From Patescibacteria group bacterium (lineage in GTDB: Bacteria; Patescibacteriota; Microgenomatia; PFEM01; JAHIFH01): 59,331 nucleotides of DNA. Below are positions 54,386 through 59,331 of the stretch, in pieces; the stretch's first letter is position 1, and each line of letters opens with the position of its first letter. The DNA lies in assembly GCA_035529375.1 (NCBI GenBank), contig DATKWU010000004.1, positions 1-59,331 on the forward strand. Direction: 5' to 3'. The position numbers and the translations under genes are program-made. The notes beneath the pieces were generated by a model, which did no database searches, was not told the DNA's origin, and saw only the letters and a list, made by a program, of their open reading frames with translations.

Positions 54386-54610
54386 ATGAGAGGCGAGGGT
54401 AGTTCAGAGTTGGCAACGCGTATATTTCTATCATTCATGGTATTTGTGGGTTTCGGGATAGCAGGTTTTGGGATTGTAAAGAGCTACAATCTAGTAGGAA
54501 GCTCTGCTATCATTATCCTCGTCATTGCCATGATCATGGCTTTCTTGATTGCCTACAAGGTCTTAGATCCAGGTCTTGCTAGGAGAATCAAGGAAGCTAA
54601 GAAACGCTAG
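54386..54610 (+). CDS. 74-aa two-TM orphan membrane protein
   Basis: ATG 54386 after SD ggagg; promoter TTGTTA-17-TAAAAT (54308-54336); hairpin 54632-54689 downstream. Confidence 0.7.
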   Translation: MRGEGSSELATRIFLSFMVFVGFGIAGFGIVKSYNLVGSSAIIILVIAMIMAFLIAYKVLDPGLARRIKEAKKR

Positions 54611-54697
54611 AAAGGCACATTAACATGCTTCAAGGGGGGAGTCAATGTCAATGTAGATATTGACTGCATGTATAAACTCAAACCCCCTTTCCGCTTT

Positions 54698-55072
54698 TTA
54701 TTCTATTTCATAAGATTGGAGAAGATAGTCTTGAATAATGCGAAGATTTTCTTCTATTTCAGTTGGAGGAAGAGTAAATTTCTTCCAAATTTCTAAATGT
54801 TTTTCTAGAAGTGAAAGATTAAGAATTAACTGATAAGTTTTAATTTGAGCCTTTTTATTTTTACCATTTTCAAATTAGTTTGAACCTTTTGAAGTTTTGA
54901 TATTCGCCCAAACATTTACCACCATCAAAGCAATCAAGATTGAAAGCAAGGCAATGAGAACCTGTCTGAATTCAATATTATTGTAGAGAAAATCAGAATG
55001 AATAAAATAGAGTATTCCATTAAGAATAAGAGCAACCCCAATAGCAAAAAACTTTAAAACAATTATATTCAT
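54698..55072 (-). pseudogene. 124-codon membrane-protein ORF interrupted by one in-frame TAA (54875-54877)
   Basis: The 65-aa ORF continues in the same frame for 58 more sense codons (FENGKNKKAQIKTYQLILNLSLLEKHLEIWKKF...SYEIE) to TAA 54698-54700. Confidence 0.6.
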
Positions 55073-55167
55073 TTAAATGAGCGGGTTTTTATTTTGAAGA
55101 ACAAAATATTGATCAAAACTGTCTTCCCGCTCAAGAACTGTTCTAATACAATATTTCTATTCATTTC

Positions 55168-55277
55168 TTGACAACTTGTGAAAAGGGTGCTACGGTAAGT
55201 TTAATGGGGTAAGTTTACTAAAACTCCACACGTCCGTTAAGGGGAAGTTTTTTGGTCCGCTGAAAGGCGGATTTTTT
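55168..55277 (+). promoter_or_regulatory. Promoter (TTGACA-17-TACGGT) and structured 5' leader with internal terminator
   Basis: ggtaagttta x2 (55194, 55208); stem 55220-55251; terminator tccgc-tgaaag-gcgga-T6 (55256-55277) before the SD of 55311. Confidence 0.55.
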
Positions 55278-55310
55278 ATTGGAATTTTTAAAGAAAGGAG
55301 GTGAAAAAGA

Positions 55311-55857
55311 ATGAAAAAAATATTTTTTGTTTTAATGAGTCTGGTCTTAGTATTTGGATTAGCTGGTGTCGTTAGAGCTGAAGTAAACCCTGTAACACCC
55401 AGCACGAACGATATTAATCGTACAAATGAATGGGCTCATGTTGATCAGCTCAGTATGGGCGTAGGAGAAACGGATTTACAATTCATCAGTACAAGGAACT
55501 TTTATAGTTGTTTCGAATATCGAACTGACGGTGATACCAGTCAGGTGATCGCAGAAAACGGTGGAGTAAACTACAACACTAACATTACTGATGGTTTGTA
55601 TCCTTACTACTGCCAGAATAACAACAGTAGTACCCATACTATCAATGCTAACGAATATGTTGAAATCCGTATGGTATTTGGAGCAGAGACAGATGAGCGT
55701 TTTGACTGGACAAGATTTGATGTACTGACAGTTCCGACAAAAGCAGATGTTTTAATGGACAGTGGCGTTCCGGGGGGATGGTTTAGAAGATGCCCCTGGT
55801 TTACAAAAGCCATTTAATCCTAAATCTAAGGCAGGTGATCACGCTGGGATGAAGTAG
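55311..55857 (+). pseudogene. Secreted protein with +1 frameshift in a G6 run (55772-55777)
   Basis: Signal peptide MKKIFF..VRA; removing one G gives the tail GVPGDGLEDAPGLQKPFNPKSKAGDHAGMK* ending at 55857, instead of the track's 168-aa form ending at 55817. Confidence 0.6.
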
Positions 55858-56052
55858 TTCAAACTGAATCCCACAAGCAACACTCTAATGACATAATAAA
55901 ATTTATGTCAGAGGTTGTTTTGTTACATTTGTTCACTAATCCCCCCCCTGCCTAGGATTAATCTAAGTGAAATTATTAAGGTTTTTCAAACAACGGTGAT
56001 AGTTGAACAGGCAAGAGAAAGGTTAAAACTTATTAAAATATTTCTCAAGTAA

Positions 56053-57302
56053 TCATTTGTCCAATTTAATGGCTTCATATTTATCTAATAGAACAGATAA
56101 TAAATTGCTCTTACCCTCCACAATAGCTTGAAGGTCTTTAAGCGTTAAAACAATAATCACAATGTTATCTTGATGGAATTCTTTAAGTATAGTAAGCTCA
56201 GCGTCTTTCTTATCTTTTTCGACGTCTTTTGAGCTTCCCGTTATCCCCCTTTTCGTTACCAAAATACCACAATTGCAATAGGAAAAGTGGACATTAGCAA
56301 TAAAATTTTTAACTTCTTGGACACCGACTTTTTCTGTAAACCAATTTTTACACTCAACTAATATAAATTTACCTAAAACATCATAGATTGGGTCATACTT
56401 TACTGAATTGCGAATTATTAAATCTAACTGAGCGTCTTGGGTTCTTTGATTAGTCCTTACATCGAAACCCTCAATCCCGCTAAATAAATACGCTGCTAAT
56501 TTTTCTAGAGCTTTACCTTTTTTAACTTTACTTAAGGATTTTTTATTAGCTTCCTCTAATAATTTTCTTGAAAATGAAGTGTTTATATCAAACAGTTGTC
56601 TATCGATGTCTCTTGTCTTTGAAACACTTTCATCTAATTTAAATTCCAAAACGAAACGCTCAGGATAAAAAAGGTCAGTGGGACTCGCGCTTTTAGTTAA
56701 GTCGTCTATTTTTTTTGCCAGAGCTTCTATCTCTTCATGGGGGGGATTTGGAATTCGTTCCTTAAAACAATATATCCTGGCCTATTTTTGTAATGTTGTT
56801 TGTCATCAATAATATCTTCCGTAATCGCTAGTTGAAAGTGCCTTTTAGCTTTAGTTAATCTTCCTAAAGTTAAATTAATAAGCCCTATTTGATGCAAGGG
56901 GGCGCCCTTATGAAGTCTTTTATTCAACTTTGTTTGTAGGGTGATTAAAAGTCTATAGAGGGTTTGATAAAAATCTTCAGATAATGTGCTAAAACCTATT
57001 TGTAATAAATCAAAACCAACATCTGTCCATGGACCTTCTGCAAATTCTCTTATTTTGTCTGGAGATTTATCAGCTAGTTTAGTTAGAAATTCTTCAAAAC
57101 GACCCTTAAGGCCTTCGTAAAAATGATAATTACCTCGGACATCCACCGCCAACAGCTTTCTCGCCTGCTGGTAAGCGCGCATGTCTTCAATTGGAAAGCA
57201 ATCTAAAAAGCCAACTACTTTATCATGGAAAGACGAAGGAGGAAGAGTGTACTCCACTCCGGTAATTTTATTTTTAACTTTTTTACTCCCAGTCCCATCC
57301 AT
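56053..57302 (-). pseudogene. Helical/TPR-like domain + Mrr-like restriction endonuclease, split by a frameshift in a C7 (G7 on +) run at 56739-56745
   Basis: Adding one C joins the 191-aa ORF to the open frame PHEEIEALAKKIDD...FVLEFKLDE, continuous with the 198-aa ORF (QLDLII...ILVECKNW Mrr/PD-(D/E)xK motif); about 416 aa fused. Confidence 0.7.
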
Positions 57303-57430
57303 TTTTTTGAATTTTGTAAGTTGATATTGCAGACAACAAGGGTTAGATTAAGAACAATTTAGCTCCCTTATTAGGACTCGAATTGAGGGTAATTATATCA
57401 TTAATCAATAAATGGTACAATATCGGCGAA

Positions 57431-58393
57431 GTGAAATTAGGAGACTTAACAGTCATAATTCCAAGTTATAATGGAAGTGAATTATTAGATATTTGTTTGA
57501 CTTCGTTATATAAGCAAGAAATAGTTCCCAATGAAATAATTGTAATAAATAATGGCTCAGAGGATGAAACAGAGAGTTTCTTGAAAAAAAAATATCCCGA
57601 GGTGCGGATAATATCTTTTTCTGAGAATCAAGGATTTGCAGAGGCGGTGAATATGGGCATTAAAAATGCGAAATTTGAAAAAATTTTCATTCTTAATAAT
57701 GATACGAAATTGGATAAAGAATGCTTAAAGTATTTATTAAGAGATTTAGAAAAAGATTACAGATTAGATGCCGTTGCTCCATTGATTTTCCTGTCAAATA
57801 ATAAAGTTGATTCTTCTGGGAGTTTTATTAACGAATTAGGCCAAGCCTTTCATGATAGGGGAAGAGTTAAAAAAAATCAGAATAAAGAAATTTTTTTAAT
57901 TACCGCTGCAGCTGTCCTAATTCGAAAAAACATTTTTAAAAAGGTTGGAATGTTTGAAGAGAAATTTTTTGCTTATGGTGAAGATGTTGATTGGTCTTTT
58001 AGAGCTCAATTAGCTGGATGTAGTTTTATATGTGATCAAAGAGCAGTTGTTTATCACGAACATAAAGCTACTAGTTCGAGAAATCCTCAGTTTCTCGAAT
58101 ATTTACAGTTTAGAAATGCTTATCTTTTTATCTTAAGATGTTTTCCATTAAAGACTTTACTTAAAAGAGGTAGGCTTTTTGGAATATTTTTAACAAATAT
58201 CAATACATTTTTTTATTTATTGTTTAAAGGTTTTATTTTAGAAGCCATAAAAGCAGAACTTTGGCTAATACTTAACTTGCCCTGGATTTTAAGAGAGAGG
58301 CTAAAAATTCAAAAAAATAGAAAAGTTAATCTTGAATATATAGATAATAATCTAAAACCTAAAGAAATAAGATTACTTAAACTTTTAAAATGA
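57431..58393 (+). CDS. Glycosyltransferase family 2
   Basis: TVIIPSYNG, IVINNGSED, LNND, FAYGEDVDW; GTG 57431 follows TGgTACAAT. Confidence 0.9.
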   Translation: MKLGDLTVIIPSYNGSELLDICLTSLYKQEIVPNEIIVINNGSEDETESFLKKKYPEVRIISFSENQGFAEAVNMGIKNAKFEKIFILNNDTKLDKECLKYLLRDLEKDYRLDAVAPLIFLSNNKVDSSGSFINELGQAFHDRGRVKKNQNKEIFLITAAAVLIRKNIFKKVGMFEEKFFAYGEDVDWSFRAQLAGCSFICDQRAVVYHEHKATSSRNPQFLEYLQFRNAYLFILRCFPLKTLLKRGRLFGIFLTNINTFFYLLFKGFILEAIKAELWLILNLPWILRERLKIQKNRKVNLEYIDNNLKPKEIRLLKLLK

Positions 58394-59199
58394 AGAAAAT
58401 TTTTATAATAATTGTTAGCTATAACGGAGGAAATAAACTTGTAAAAACTCTTAATTTTGTTAAAAAAATTATTGAAAAAGATAAGAATGTAAGCTTAATA
58501 GTTGTAGATAACGCTTCTAGAGATGGTTCGATTAAAGAAATTAAAAAAATTATTCGATCTTTTAAATTAATTCGCAATAGAAAAAATCTAGGATTTGCTA
58601 GGGCCAATAATCAGGGAATGAAACAGGCGATTAAAGACGGAGCTGATAAAATTTTACTGTTAAACCAAGATGCCTATTTAAGAAATAAAGATTTTTTATC
58701 TCTAATTAAAAATCAAAATGATATTTCGAGTCCGATAATCAAGTTTAAAAGAAATAGTGAGTTTATTTATGATCTAGGGGGAAAGCTTAATAGGGTTATT
58801 ATGCGACCTTATCATATTGAGAAATTTAAAAGACAGAACAAAAATTACGAAGTTGATTATGTTTCTGGATGTTGCATGTTAATTGATGTTTCGGTCCTTA
58901 AAAAGATTGGTTATCTTGAAGAAGATTTCTTTCTTTATTTTGAGGATGTTGATTTTTGTTTGAGGGCTTCAAAAGCAGGATTTAAAATAGGTGTAGAATT
59001 AAACGCTGAAGTTCTACACGATTTTGATGAAAAAGAGCAAAAGTCTATAAAATCAATTTATTATTTAATTAAGAGCAATTTACTTTTTATCAATAAATGG
59101 GCAAAGTTCCCAAATAAAACAATGGCTTATTTTTATTGGTTTTTTATAAGTTCCAAGATGTTATTTAGAAAACTAGTTTATAATATTGTTAAACTATGA
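58390..59199 (+). CDS. Glycosyltransferase family 2
   Basis: IIIVSYNG, VVDNASRDGS, LLNQD, FLYFEDVDFC. Confidence 0.9.
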   Translation: MKKIFIIIVSYNGGNKLVKTLNFVKKIIEKDKNVSLIVVDNASRDGSIKEIKKIIRSFKLIRNRKNLGFARANNQGMKQAIKDGADKILLLNQDAYLRNKDFLSLIKNQNDISSPIIKFKRNSEFIYDLGGKLNRVIMRPYHIEKFKRQNKNYEVDYVSGCCMLIDVSVLKKIGYLEEDFFLYFEDVDFCLRASKAGFKIGVELNAEVLHDFDEKEQKSIKSIYYLIKSNLLFINKWAKFPNKTMAYFYWFFISSKMLFRKLVYNIVKL

Positions 59200-59331
59200 T
59201 CTCATCAGTTATTCTTACCAAAAACGAAGAAGAAAATATTGAAGAATGTATAAAGTCTCTTAATTGGTGTGATGAAGTAATTGTTATTGATAATTATTCT
59301 GAGGATAAGACTCGGGAGGTTGCAAAGAAAT
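59196..59331 (+). CDS. Glycosyltransferase family 2, 3'-truncated by window edge
   Basis: MISSVILTKNEEENIEECIKSLNWCDEVIVIDNYSEDKT; ATGA overlap. Confidence 0.85.
   Translation, partial: MISSVILTKNEEENIEECIKSLNWCDEVIVIDNYSEDKTREVAKK

Noticed and set aside
54343-54689. 5'-3' pairing in the 54386 unit
   Set aside because: Best match is only 6 bp (agttta/taaact); recorded as an exception to the closed-end pattern.
7920-55133. Large hairpins after orphan genes as integron attC sites
   Set aside because: No RYYYAAC...GTTRRRY end boxes in the required order, and no intI in the window.
55841-55875. tRNA-like fragment (gttcaa, gggat/atccc)
   Set aside because: No cloverleaf; D- and anticodon arms are missing.
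1-59331. Stop-codon reassignment (code 25/4) as the cause of interrupted genes
   Set aside because: Conserved genes are full-length under code 11 and several end in TGA at the expected position (e.g. recO); the interruption at 54875 is TAA.

Overview
Bacterial chromosomal DNA, genetic code 11, most likely a Patescibacteria/CPR (Microgenomates-type) genome. This assignment is inferred from the alpha2-type GlyRS, the DUF4012 protein, a FemAB-containing division cluster and many leaderless genes. Backbone: a surface-glycan cluster (1-7.6 kb; 18.9-23.7 kb), recO-glyQS, a remodelled dcw cluster (mraZ to ftsZ, 26.7-44.5 kb), ileS-rodA-rplU-rpmA-parB, lepB, tRNA-Val(CAC), and a second GT2 cluster at the right end. 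Accessory DNA: (i) 7.6-18.9 kb, with orphan mini-genes, a sigma-region-2-only ORF, a trypsin-like protease, a LexA-led restriction-modification operon with a membrane gene between the RM and S subunits, a Cas4/RecB-like nuclease and alkA; (ii) three orphan units splitting rplU from rpmA; (iii) a 5-kb island after tRNA-Val. The most unusual signal is a recurrent architecture of small stand-alone orphan transcription units (sigma70 promoter, strong SD, short ORF, large 3' hairpin). In these, the first 8-14 nt of the predicted transcript are complementary to sequence just after the stop codon, and two sister units show a compensatory base change. Also found: a leaderless Ile-rich 17-aa leader peptide plus terminator upstream of ileS, a candidate riboswitch-like leader, a candidate structured ncRNA next to tRNA-Val, several junction duplications, and three adjacent island genes each broken by one lesion (two in G-homopolymers). 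All alignments and folds were done by eye; no database search was run. No CRISPR array, rRNA, integrase or transposase was seen.
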